64,000 nt of DNA from Balanoglossus misakiensis. Lineage: Eukaryota; Animalia; Hemichordata. The stretch lies in contig CM082598.2 of NCBI GenBank assembly GCA_040954595.2, forward strand, positions 6,277,097 to 6,341,096, in the 5' to 3' direction. The position numbers and the translations under genes are program-made. Below, in pieces: positions 51,129-64,000 of this stretch (the first letter of the stretch is position 1; each line of letters begins with the position of its first letter). The notes under the pieces are model-generated. The model was not told where the DNA came from, ran no database searches, and worked only from the letters and a program-made list of their open reading frames with translations.

Positions 51129-54100
51129 ATAGCTCATGAAAATCACCCAAAAATGACAATTTTTCGACTTTGCGAAATTTCAATATTTATCCATTTTTTG
51201 ATAAAAATCATGGGTTATAGCTCACGAAAATCACCCAAAAATGACAATTTTTCGACTTTGCGAATTTTAAATATTTATCCATTTTTTGATAAAAATCATG
51301 GGTTATAGCTCATGAAAATCACCCAAAAATGACAATTTTTCGACTTCGCGAAATTTCAATATTTATCCATTTTTTGATAAAAACCATGGGTTATAGCTCA
51401 TGAAAATCACCCAAAAATGACAATTTTTTGACTTTGCAAAATTTCAATATTTATACATTTTTTGATAAAAATCATGGGTTATATATATATATGAAAATCA
51501 CACAAAAATGACAATTTTTCGACTTTGCGAATTTTCAATATTTATCCATTTTTTGATAAAAATCATGGGTTATAGCTCATGAAAATCACCCAAAAATGAA
51601 AAATTTTCGACTTTTCGAAATTTCAATGTTTATCCATTTTTTGATAAAAATCATGGGTTATAGCTCATGAAAATCACCCAAAAATGACAATTTTTCGACT
51701 TTGCGGAATTTCAATATTTATCCATTTTTTGATAAAAATCATGGGTTATATATATATGACAATTACACAAAAATGACAATTTTTCGACTTTGCGAATTTT
51801 CAAAATTTCTTCATTTTTTGAAAAAATCATCAGTTATAGCTGATGAAAATCATCCAAAAATGACAATTTTTCGACTTTGCGAAATTTCAATATTTATCCA
51901 TTTTTTGATAAAAATTATGGGTTATAGCTCATGAAAATCATCCAAAAATGACAATTTTTCGACTTTGCGAAATTTCAATATTTATCCATTTTTTGATAAA
52001 AATCATGGGTTATAGCTCACGAAAATCACCCAAAAATGACAATTTTTCGACTTTGCGAAATTTCAATATTTATCCATTTTTTGATGAAAATCATGGGTTA
52101 TAGCTCATGAAAATCACCCAAAAATGACAATTTTTCGACTTTGCGAAATTTCAATATTTATCCATTTTTTGATAAAAATCATGGGTTATAGCTCACGAAA
52201 ATCATTCAAAAATGACAATTTTTCGACTTTGCGAATTTTAAATATTTATCCATTTTTTGATAAAAATCATGGGTTATAGCTCATGAAAATCATCCAAAAA
52301 TGACAATTCTTCGACTTTGCGAAATTTCAATATTTATCCATTTTTTGATAAAAACCATGGGTTATAGCTCATGAAAATCACACAAAAATGACAATTTTTT
52401 GACTTTGCAAAATTTCAATATTTATACATTTTTTGATAAAAATCATGGGTTATATATATATGAAAATCACACAAAAATGACAATTTTTCGACTTTGCGAA
52501 TTTTCAATATTTATCCATTTTTTGATAAAAATCATGGGTTATAGCTCATGAAAATCACCCAAAAATGAAAATTTTTCGACTTTTCGAAATTTCAATGTTT
52601 ATCCATTTTTTCATAAAAATCATGGGTTATAGCTCATGAAAATCACCCAAAAATGACAATTTTTCGACTTTGCGGAATTTCAATATTTATCCATTTTTTG
52701 ATAAAAATCATGGGTTATATATATATGAAAATTACACAAAAATGACAATTTTTCGACTTTGCGAATTTTCAAAATTTCTTCATTTTTTGAAAAAATCATC
52801 AGTTATAGCTCATGAAAATCATCCAAAAATGACAATTATTCGACTTTGCGAAATTTCAATATTTATCCATTTTTTGATAAAAATCATCGGTTATAGCTCA
52901 TGAAAATCATCCAAAAATGACAATTTTTCGACTTTGCGAAATTTCAATATTTATCCATTTTTTGATAAAAATTATGGGTTATAGCTCATGAAAATCATCC
53001 AAAAATGACAATTTTTCGACTTTGCGAAATTTCAATATTTATCCATTTTTTGATAAAAATCATGGGTTATAGCTCACGAAAATCACCCAAAAATGACAAT
53101 TTTTCGACTTTGCGAAATTTCAATATTTATCCATTTTTTGATGAAAATCATGGGTTATAGCTCATGAAAATCACCCAAAAATGACAATTTTTCGACTTTG
53201 CGAAATTTCAATATTTATCCATTTTTTGATAAAAATCATGGGTTATAGCTCATGAAAATCATTCAAAAATGACAATTTTTCGACTTTGCGAATTTTAAAT
53301 ATTTATCCATTTTTTGATAAAAATCATGGGTTATATATATATATGAAAATCACACAAAAATGACAATTTTTCGACTTTGCGAATTTTCAAAATTTCTTCA
53401 TTTTTTGAAAAAATCATCAGTTATAGCTCATGAAAATCATCCAAAAATGACAATTTTTCGACTTTGCGAAATTTCAACATTTATCCATTTATTGATAAAA
53501 ATCATGGGTTATAGCTCATGAAAATCATCCAAAAATGACAATTTTTTCGACTTTGCGAAATTTCAATAGTTATCCATTTTTTTGATGAAAATCATGGGTT
53601 ATAGCTCATGAAAATCACCCAAAAATGACAATTTTTCGACTTCGCGAAATTTCAATATTTATCCATTTTTTGATAAAAATCATGGGTTATAGCTCATGAA
53701 AATCACCCAAAAATGACAATTTTTCGACTTCGCGAAATTTCAATATTTATCCATTTTTTGATAAAAACCATGGGTTATAGCTCATGAAAATCACCCAAAA
53801 ATGGCAATTTTTTGACTTTGCAAAATTTCAATATTTATACATTTTTTTATAAAAATCATGGGTTATATATATATATGAAAATCACACAAAAATGACAATT
53901 TTTCGACTTTGCGAATTTTCAATATTTATCCATTTTTTGATAAAAATCATGGGTTATAGCTCATGAAAATCACCCAAAAATGAAAAATTTTCGACTTTTC
54001 GAAATTTCAATGTTTATCCATTTTTTGATAAAAATCATGGGTTATAGCTCATGAAAATCACCCAAAAATGACAATTTTTCGACTTTGCGGAATTTCAATA

Positions 54101-57100
54101 TTTATCCATTTTTTGATAAAAATCATGGGTTATATATATATGAAAATTACACAAAAATGACAATTTTTCGACTTTGCGAATTTTCAAAATTTCTTCATTT
54201 TTTGAAAAAATCATCAGTTATAGCTCATGAAAATCATCCAAAAATGACAATTTTTCGACTTTGCGAAATTTCAACATTTATCCATTTATTGATAAAAATC
54301 ATGGGTTATAGCTCATGAAAATCATCCAAAAATGACAATTTTTTCGACTTTGCGAAATTTCAATAGTTATCCATTTTTTGATGAAAATCATGGGTTATAG
54401 CTCATGAAAATCACCCAAAAATGACAATTTTTCGACTTCGCGAAATTTCAATATTTATCCATTTTTTGATAAAAATCATGGGTTATAGCTCATGAAAATC
54501 ACCCAAAAATGACAATTTTTTGACATTGCGAAATTTCAATAGTTATCCATTTTTTGATAAAAATCATGGGTTATAGCTCATGAAAATCACCCAAAAATGA
54601 CAATTTTTCGACTTTGCGAAATTTCAATAGTTATCCATTTTTTGATAAAAATCATGGGTTATAGCTCATGAAAATCACCCAAAAATGACAATTTTTCGAC
54701 TTTGCGAATTTTAAATATTGACCCATTTTTTGATAAAAATCATGGGTTATAGCTCATGAAAATCACCCAAAAATGACAATTTTTAGACTTTGCGAATTTT
54801 AAATATTGATCCATTTTTTGTAAAAAATCATGGGTTATAGCTCATGAAAATCACCCAAAAATGACAATTTTTTTCGACTTTGCGAAATTTCAATGTTTAT
54901 CCATTTTTTGATAAAAATCGTGGGTTATAACTCATGAAAATCACCCAAAAATGACAATTTTTTCGACTTTGCGAAATTTCAATATTTATCCATTTTTTGA
55001 TAAAAATCATCGGTTATAGCTCATGAAAATCATCCAAAAATTACAATTTTTCGACTTTGCGAAATTTCAACATTTATCCATTTATTGATAAAAATCATGG
55101 GTTATAGCTCATGAAAATCATCCAAAAATGACAATTTTTTCGACTTTGCGAAATTTCAATAGTTATCCATTTTTTGATGAAAATCATGGGTTATAGCTCA
55201 TGAAAATCACCCAAAAATGACAATTTTTCGACTTCGCGTAATTTCAATATTTATCCATTTTTTGATAAAAATCATGGGTTATAGCTCATGAAAATCACCC
55301 AAAAATGACAATTTTTTGACATTGCGAAATTTCAATAGTTATCCATTTTTTGATAAAAATCATGGGTTATAGCTCATGAAAATTACCCAAAAATGACAAT
55401 TTTTCGACTTTGCGAAATTTCAATAGTTATCCATTTTTTGATAAAAATCATGGGTTATAGCTCATGAAAATCACCCAAAAATGACAATTTTTCGACTTTG
55501 CGAATTTTAAATATTGATCCATTTTTTGATAAAAATCATGGGTTATAGCTCATGAAAATCACCCAAAAATGACAATTTTTTTCGACTTTGCGAAATTTCA
55601 ATGTTTATCCATTTTTTGATAAAAATCGTGGGTTATAACTCATGAAAATCACCCAAAAATGACAATTTTTTCGACTTTGCGAAATTTCAATATTTATCCA
55701 TTTTTTGATAAAAATCATCGGTTATAGCTCATGAAAATCATCCAAAAATGACAATTTTTCGACTTTGCGAAATTTCAATATTTATCCATTTTTTGATAAA
55801 AATCATGGGTTATAGCTCATGAAAATCACCCAAAAATGACAATATTTCGACTTCGCGAAATTTCAATATTTATCCATTTTTTGATAAAAATCATGGGTTA
55901 TAGCTCATGAAAATCACCCAAAAATGACAATTTTTTGACATTGCGAAATTTCAATATTTATCCATTTTTTGATGAAAATCATGGGTTATAGCTCATGAAA
56001 ATCACCCAAAATGACAAATTTTCGACTTTGCGAAATTTCAATATTTATCCATTTTTTGATAAAAATCATGGGTTATAGCTCACGAAAATCATTCAAAAAT
56101 GACAATTTTTCGACTTTGCGAATTTTAAATATTTATCCATTTTTTGATAAAAAATCATGGGTTTTAGCTCATGAAAATCATCCAAAAATGACAATTTTTC
56201 GACTTTGCGAAATTTCAATATTTATCCATTTTTTGATAAAAACCATGGGTTATAGCTCATGAAAATCACCCAAAAATGACAATTTTTTGACTTTGCGGAA
56301 TTTCAATATTTATCCATTTTTTGATAAAAATCATGGGTTATATATATATGAAAATTACACGAAAATGACAATTTTTCGACTTTGCGAATTTTAAAAATTT
56401 CTTCATTTTTTGAAAAAATCATCAGTTATAGCTCATGAAAATCATCCAAAAATGACAATTATTCGACTTTGCGAAATTTCAATATGTATCCATTTTTTGA
56501 TAAAAATCATGGGTTATAGCTCACGAAAATCACCCAAAAATGACAATTTTTCGACTTTGCGAAATTTCAATGTTTATCCATTTTTTGATGAAAATCATGG
56601 GTTATAGCTCATGAAAATCAACCAAAAATGACAATTTTTCGACTTTGCGAAATTTCAATATTTATCCATTTTTTGATAAAAATCATGGGTTATAGCTCAC
56701 GAAAATCATTCAAAAATGACAATTTTTCGACTTTGCGAATTTTAAATATTTATCCATTTTTTGATAAAAATCATGGGTTCTAGCTCATGAAAATCATCCA
56801 AAAATGACAATTCTTCGACTTTGCGAAATTTCAATATTTATCCATTTTTTGATAAAAATCATGGGTTATAGCTCATGAAAATCATTCAAAAATGACAATT
56901 TTTTGACTTTGCGGAATTTCAATATTTATCCATTTTTTGATAAAAATCATGGGTTATATATATATGAAAATTACACGAAAATGACAATTTTTCGACTTTG
57001 CGAATTTTCAAAATTTTTTCATTTTTTGAAAAAATCATCAGTTATAGCTCATGAAAATCATCCAAAAATGACAATTATTCGACTTTGCGAAATTTCAATA

Positions 57101-60100
57101 TTTATCCATTTTTTGATAAAAATCATGGGTTATAGCTCACGAAAATCACCCAAAAATGACAATTTTTCGACTTTGCGAAATTTCAATATTTATCCATTTT
57201 TTGATGAAAATCATGGGTTATAGCTCATGAAAATCAACCAAAAATGACAATTTTTCGACTTTGCGAAATTTCAATATTTATCCATTTTTTGATAAAAATC
57301 ATGGGTTATAGCTCACGAAAATCATTCAAAAATGACAATTTTTCGACTTTGCGAATTTTAAATATTTATCCATTTTTTGATAAAAATCATGGGTTCTAGC
57401 TCATGAAAATCATCCAAAAATGACAATTCTTCGACTTTGCGAAATTTCAATATTTATCCATTTTTTGATAAAAACCATGGGTTATAGCTCATGAAAATCA
57501 CCCAAAAATGACAATTTTTTGACTTTGCGAATTTTCAAAATTTTTTCATTTTTTGAAAAAATCATCAGTTATAGCTCATGAAAATCATCCAAAAATGACA
57601 ATTATTCGACTTTGCGAAATTTCAATATTTATCCATTTTTTGATAAAAATCATGGGTTATAGCTCACGAAAATCACCCAAAAATGACAATTTTTCGACTT
57701 TGCGAAATTTCAATATTTATCCATTTTTTGATGAAAATCATGGGTTATAGCTCATGAAAATCAACCAAAAATGACAATTTTTCGACTTTGCGAAATTTCA
57801 ATATTTATCCATTTTTTGATAAAAATCATGGGTTATAGCTCACGAAAATCATTCAAAAATGACAATTTTTCGACTTTGCGAATTTTCAAAATTTCTTCAT
57901 TTTTTGAAAAAATCATCAGTTATAGCTCATGAAAATCATCCAAAAATGACAATTCTTCGACTTTGCGAAATTTCAATATTTATCCATTTTTTGATAAAAA
58001 CCATGGGTTATAGCTCATGAAAATCACCCAAAAATGACAATTTTTTGACTTTGCAAAATTTCAATATTTATACATTTTTTGATAAAAATCATGGGTTATA
58101 TATATATATGAAAATCACACAAAAATGACAATTTTTCGACTTTGCGAATTTTCAATATTTATCCATTTTTTGATAAAAATCATGGGTTATAGCTCATGAA
58201 AATCACACAAAAATGACAATTTTTCGACTTTGCGAATTTTCAATATTTATCCATTTTTTGATAAAAACCATGGGTTATAGCTCATGAAAATCACCCAAAA
58301 ATGACAATTTTTCGACTTTGCGAATTTTAAATATTTATCCATTTTTTGATAAAAATCATGGGTTATAGCTCATGAAAATCACCCAAAAATGACAATTTTT
58401 CGACTTTGCGAATTTTAAATATTGACCCATTTTTTGATAAAAATCATGGGTTATAGCTCATGAAAATCACCCAAAAGTGACAATTTTTAGACTTTGCGAA
58501 TTTTAAATATTGATCCATTTTTTGTAAAAAATCATGGGTTATAGCTCATGAAAATCACCCAAAAATGACAATTTTTTTCGACTTTGCGAAATTTCAATGT
58601 TTATCCATTTTTTGATAAAAATCGTGGGTTATAACTCATGAAAATCACCCAAAAATGACAATTTTTTCGACTTTGCGAAATTTCAATATTTATCCATTTT
58701 TTGATAAAAATCATCGGTTATAGCTCATGAAAATCATCCAAAAATTACAATTTTTCGACTTTGCGAAATTTCAACATTTATCCATTTATTGATAAAAATC
58801 ATGGGTTATAGCTCATGAAAATCATCCAAAAATGACAATTTTTTCGACTTTGCGAAATTTCAATAGTTATCCATTTTTTGATGAAAATCATGGGTTATAG
58901 CTCATGAAAATCACCCAAAAATGACAATTTTTCGACTTCGCGAAATTTCAATATTTATCCATTTTTTGATAAAAATCATGGGTTATAGCTCATGAAAATC
59001 ACCCAAAAATGACAATTTTTTGACATTGCGAAATTTCAATAGTTATCCATTTTTTGATAAAAATCATGGGTTATAGCTCATGAAAATTACCCAAAAATGA
59101 CAATTTTTCGACTTTGCGAAATTTCAATAGTTATCCATTTTTTGATAAAAATCATGGGTTATAGCTCATGAAAATCACCCAAAAATGACAATTTTTCGAC
59201 TTTGCGAATTTTAAATATTGATCCATTTTTTGATAAAAATCATGGGTTATAGCTCATGAAAATCACCCAAAAATGACAATTTTTTTCGACTTTGCGAAAT
59301 TTCAATGTTTATCCATTTTTTGATAAAAATCGTGGGTTATAACTCATGAAAATCACCCAAAAATGACAATTTTTTCGACTTTGCGAAATTTCAATATTTA
59401 TCCATTTTTTGATAAAAATCATCGGTTATAGCTCATGAAAATCATCCAAAAATGACAATTTTTCGACTTTGCGAAATTTCAATATTTATCCATTTTTTGA
59501 TAAAAATCATGGGTTATAGCTCATGAAAATCACCCAAAAATGACAATATTTCGACTTCGCGAAATTTCAATATTTATCCATTTTTTGATAAAAATCATGG
59601 GTTATAGCTCATGAAAATCACCCAAAAATGACAATTTTTTGACATTGCGAAATTTCAATATTTATCCATTTTTTGATGAAAATCATGGGTTATAGCTCAT
59701 GAAAATCACCCAAAATGACAAATTTTCGACTTTGCGAAATTTCAATATTTATCCATTTTTTGATAAAAATCATGGGTTATAGCTCACGAAAATCATTCAA
59801 AAATGACAATTTTTCGACTTTGCGAATTTTAAATATTTATCCATTTTTTGATAAAAAATCATGGGTTTTAGCTCATGAAAATCATCCAAAAATGACAATT
59901 TTTCGACTTTGCGAAATTTCAATATTTATCCATTTTTTGATAAAAACCATGGGTTATAGCTCATGAAAATCACCCAAAAATGACAATTTTTTGACTTTGC
60001 GGAATTTCAATATTTATCCATTTTTTGATAAAAATCATGGGTTATATATATATGAAAATTACACGAAAATGACAATTTTTCGACTTTGCGAATTTTAAAA

Positions 60101-63100
60101 ATTTCTTCATTTTTTGAAAAAATCATCAGTTATAGCTCATGAAAATCATCCAAAAATGACAATTATTCGACTTTGCGAAATTTCAATATGTATCCATTTT
60201 TTGATAAAAATCATGGGTTATAGCTCACGAAAATCACCCAAAAATGACAATTTTTCGACTTTGCGAAATTTCAATATTTATCCATTTTTTGATGAAAATC
60301 ATGGGTTATAGCTCATGAAAATCAACCAAAAATGACAATTTTTCGACTTTGCGAAATTTCAATATTTATCCATTTTTTGATAAAAATCATGGGTTATAGC
60401 TCACGAAAATCATTCAAAAATGACAATTTTTCGACTTTGCGAATTTTAAATATTTATCCATTTTTTGATAAAAATCATGGGTTCTAGCTCATGAAAATCA
60501 TCCAAAAATGACAATTCTTCGACTTTGCGAAATTTCAATATTTATCCATTTTTTGATAAAAATCATGGGTTATAGCTCATGAAAATCATTCAAAAATGAC
60601 AATTTTTTGACTTTGCGGAATTTCAATATTTATCCATTTTTTGATAAAAATCATGGGTTATATATATATGAAAATTACACGAAAATGACAATTTTTCGAC
60701 TTTGCGAATTTTCAAAATTTTTTCATTTTTTGAAAAAATCATCAGTTATAGCTCATGAAAATCATCCAAAAATGACAATTATTCGACTTTGCGAAATTTC
60801 AATATTTATCCATTTTTTGATAAAAATCATGGGTTATAGCTCACGAAAATCACCCAAAAATGACAATTTTTCGACTTTGCGAAATTTCAATATTTATCCA
60901 TTTTTTGATGAAAATCATGGGTTATAGCTCATGAAAATCAACCAAAAATGACAATTTTTCGACTTTGCGAAATTTCAATATTTATCCATTTTTTGATAAA
61001 AATCATGGGTTATAGCTCACGAAAATCATTCAAAAATGACAATTTTTCGACTTTGCGAATTTTAAATATTTATCCATTTTTTGATAAAAATCATGGGTTC
61101 TAGCTCATGAAAATCATCCAAAAATGACAATTCTTCGACTTTGCGAAATTTCAATATTTATCCATTTTTTGATAAAAACCATGGGTTATAGCTCATGAAA
61201 ATCACCCAAAAATGACAATTTTTTGACTTTGCGAATTTTCAAAATTTTTTCATTTTTTGAAAAAATCATCAGTTATAGCTCATGAAAATCATCCAAAAAT
61301 GACAATTATTCGACTTTGCGAAATTTCAATATTTATCCATTTTTTGATAAAAATCATGGGTTATAGCTCACGAAAATCACCCAAAAATGACAATTTTTCG
61401 ACTTTGCGAAATTTCAATATTTATCCATTTTTTGATGAAAATCATGGGTTATAGCTCATGAAAATCAACCAAAAATGACAATTTTTCGACTTTGCGAAAT
61501 TTCAATATTTATCCATTTTTTGATAAAAATCATGGGTTATAGCTCACGAAAATCATTCAAAAATGACAATTTTTCGACTTTGCGAATTTTCAAAATTTCT
61601 TCATTTTTTGAAAAAATCATCAGTTATAGCTCATGAAAATCATCCAAAAATGACAATTCTTCGACTTTGCGAAATTTCAATATTTATCCATTTTTTGATA
61701 AAAACCATGGGTTATAGCTCATGAAAATCACCCAAAAATGACAATTTTTTGACTTTGCAAAATTTCAATATTTATACATTTTTTGATAAAAATCATGGGT
61801 TATATATATATATGAAAATCACACAAAAATGACAATTTTTCGACTTTGCGAATTTTCAATATTTATCCATTTTTTGATAAAAATCATGGGTTATAGCTCA
61901 TGAAAATCACACAAAAATGACAATTTTTCGACTTTGCGAATTTTCAATATTTATCCATTTTTTGATAAAAACCATGGGTTATAGCTCATGAAAATCACCC
62001 AAAAATGACAATTTTTCGACTTTGCGAATTTTAAATATTTATCAATTTTTTGATAAAATTCATGGGTTATAGCTTATGAAAATCACCCAAAAATGACAAT
62101 TTTTCGACTTTGCGAAATTTCAACATTTATCCATTTATTGATAAAAATCATGGGTTATAGCTCATGAAAATCATCCAAAAATGACAATTTTTTCGACTTT
62201 GCGAAATTTCAATATTTATCCATTTTTTGATAAAAATCATGGGTTATATATATATGAAAATTACACAAAAATGACAATTTTTGGACTTTGCGAAATTTCA
62301 ATATTTATCCATTTTTTGATAAAAATCATGGGTTATAGCTCACGAAAATCATTCAAAAATGACAATTTTTCGACTTTGCGAATTTTAAATATTTATCCAT
62401 TTTTTGATAAAAATCATCGGTTATAGCTCATGAAAATCACCCAAAAATGACAATTTTTCGACTTTGCGAATTTTCAATATTTATCCATTTTTTGATAAAA
62501 ATCATGGGTTATAGCTCATGAAAATCACCCAAAAATGACAATTTTTTGACTTTGCGAAATTTCAATATTTATCCATTTTTTGATAAAAATCATGGGTTAT
62601 AGCTCATGAAAATAACCCAAAAATGACCATTTTTCGACATAGCGAAATGACAATTTTTGGACTTTGCGAAATTTCAATATTTATCCATTTTTTGATAAAA
62701 ATCATGGGTTATAGCTCACGAAAATCATTCAAAAATGACAATTTTTCGACTTTGCGAATTTTTAATATTTATCCATTTTTTGATAAAAATCATCGGTTAT
62801 AGCTCATGAAAATCACCCAAAAATGACAATTTTTCGACTTTGCGAATTTTCAATATTTATCCATTTTTTGATAAAAATCATGGGTTATAGCTCATGAAAA
62901 TCACCCAAAAATGACAATTTTTTGACTTTGCGAAATTTCAATATTTATCCATTTTTTGATAAAAATCATGGGTTATAGCTCATGAAAATCACCCAAAAAT
63001 GAAAATTTTTCGACTTTGCGAAATTTCAATATTTATCCATTTTTTGATAAAAACCATGGGTTATAGCTCATGAAAATCACCCAAAAATGACAATTTTTTG

Positions 63101-64000
63101 ACTTTGCAAAATTTCAATATTTATACATTTTTTGATAAAAATCATGGGTTATATATATATATGAAAATCACACAAAAATGACAATTTTTCGACTTTGCGA
63201 ATTTTCAATATTTATCCATTTTTTGATAAAAATCATGGGTTATAGCTCATGAAAATCACACAAAAATGACAATTTTTCGACTTTGCGAAATTTCAATATT
63301 TATCCATTTTTTGATAAAAATCATGGGTTATATATATATGAAAATTACACAAAAATGACAATTTTTTGACTTTGCGAAATTTCAACATTTATCCATTTAT
63401 TGATAAAAATCATGGGTTATAGCTCATGAAAATCACCCAAAAATGAAAATTTTTCGACTTTGCGAAATTTCAATATTTATCCATTTTTTGATAAAAATCA
63501 TGGGTTATAGCTCACGAAAATCATTCAAAAATGACAATTTTTCGACTTTGCGAATTTTAAATATTTATCCATTTTTTGATAAAAATCATGGGTTATAGCT
63601 CATGAAAATCATCCAAAAATGACAATTCTTCGACTTTGCGAAATTTCAATATTTATCCATTTTTTGATAAAAACCATGGGTTATAGCTCATGAAAATCAC
63701 ACAAAAATGACAATTTTTTGACTTTGCAAAATTTCAATATTTATACATTTTTTGATAAAAATCATGGGTTATATATATATATGAAAATCACACAAAAATG
63801 ACAATTTTTCGACTTTGCGAATTTTCAATATTTATCCATTTTTTGATAAAAATCATGGGTTATAGCTCATGAAAATCACACAAAAATGACAATTTTTCGA
63901 CTTTGCGAAATTTCAATATTTATCCATTTTTTGATAAAAATCATGGGTTATATATATATGAAAATTACACAAAAATGACAATTTTTTGACTTTGCGAAAT
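51129..64000 (+). repeat. 88-bp satellite, right segment, with higher-order repeats (runs off the window)
   Basis: Same monomer, resuming in register after the TSD. Diagnostic variants recur at 3704-bp offset (56011/59715, 56410/60114, 56903/60607, 57553/61257). Confidence 0.98.

Noticed and set aside
41360-62426. Repeated ORFs (MRNFNIYPFFDKNHGL...)
   Set aside because: Chance open frames in the 88-bp satellite.
38646-64000. CRISPR-like array
   Set aside because: Monomers are contiguous with no unique spacers, there are no cas genes, and the context is eukaryotic. The same applies to the 7-13.8 kb and 4.5-5.1 kb arrays.

Overview
This is a eukaryotic (probably invertebrate animal) heterochromatin-like window made almost entirely of nested mobile DNA and satellites. 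I found no intact host gene, rRNA, full tRNA or CRISPR array. From left to right: (1) a 1.5-kb non-autonomous piggyBac-type element (TTAA duplication, 13-bp TIRs) among Helentron/HINE-like repeats; (2) a ~6.7-kb array of ~190-194-bp satellite that starts right behind a tRNA-like A/B-box head; (3) a truncated minus-strand Ty3/gypsy element interrupted by a Kolobok-like THAP-bearing end and abutting a decayed pogo/Tigger transposase; (4) a decayed three-gene cluster, namely gene A (USP-like protease + IQ + BRCT), gene B (P-transposase C-terminal-like + SAP-like, split by a HINE and a full-length BEL/Pao element) and a convergent, spliced P-element-like transposase; (5) a >25-kb 88-bp satellite with higher-order repeats that contains a young, nearly intact chromodomain Ty3/gypsy element. 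The most unusual item is the cluster at ~24.3-38.6 kb, which may be a large cargo-carrying P-like transposon with a split transposase. All protein assignments come from motif recognition by eye; no database search was run.
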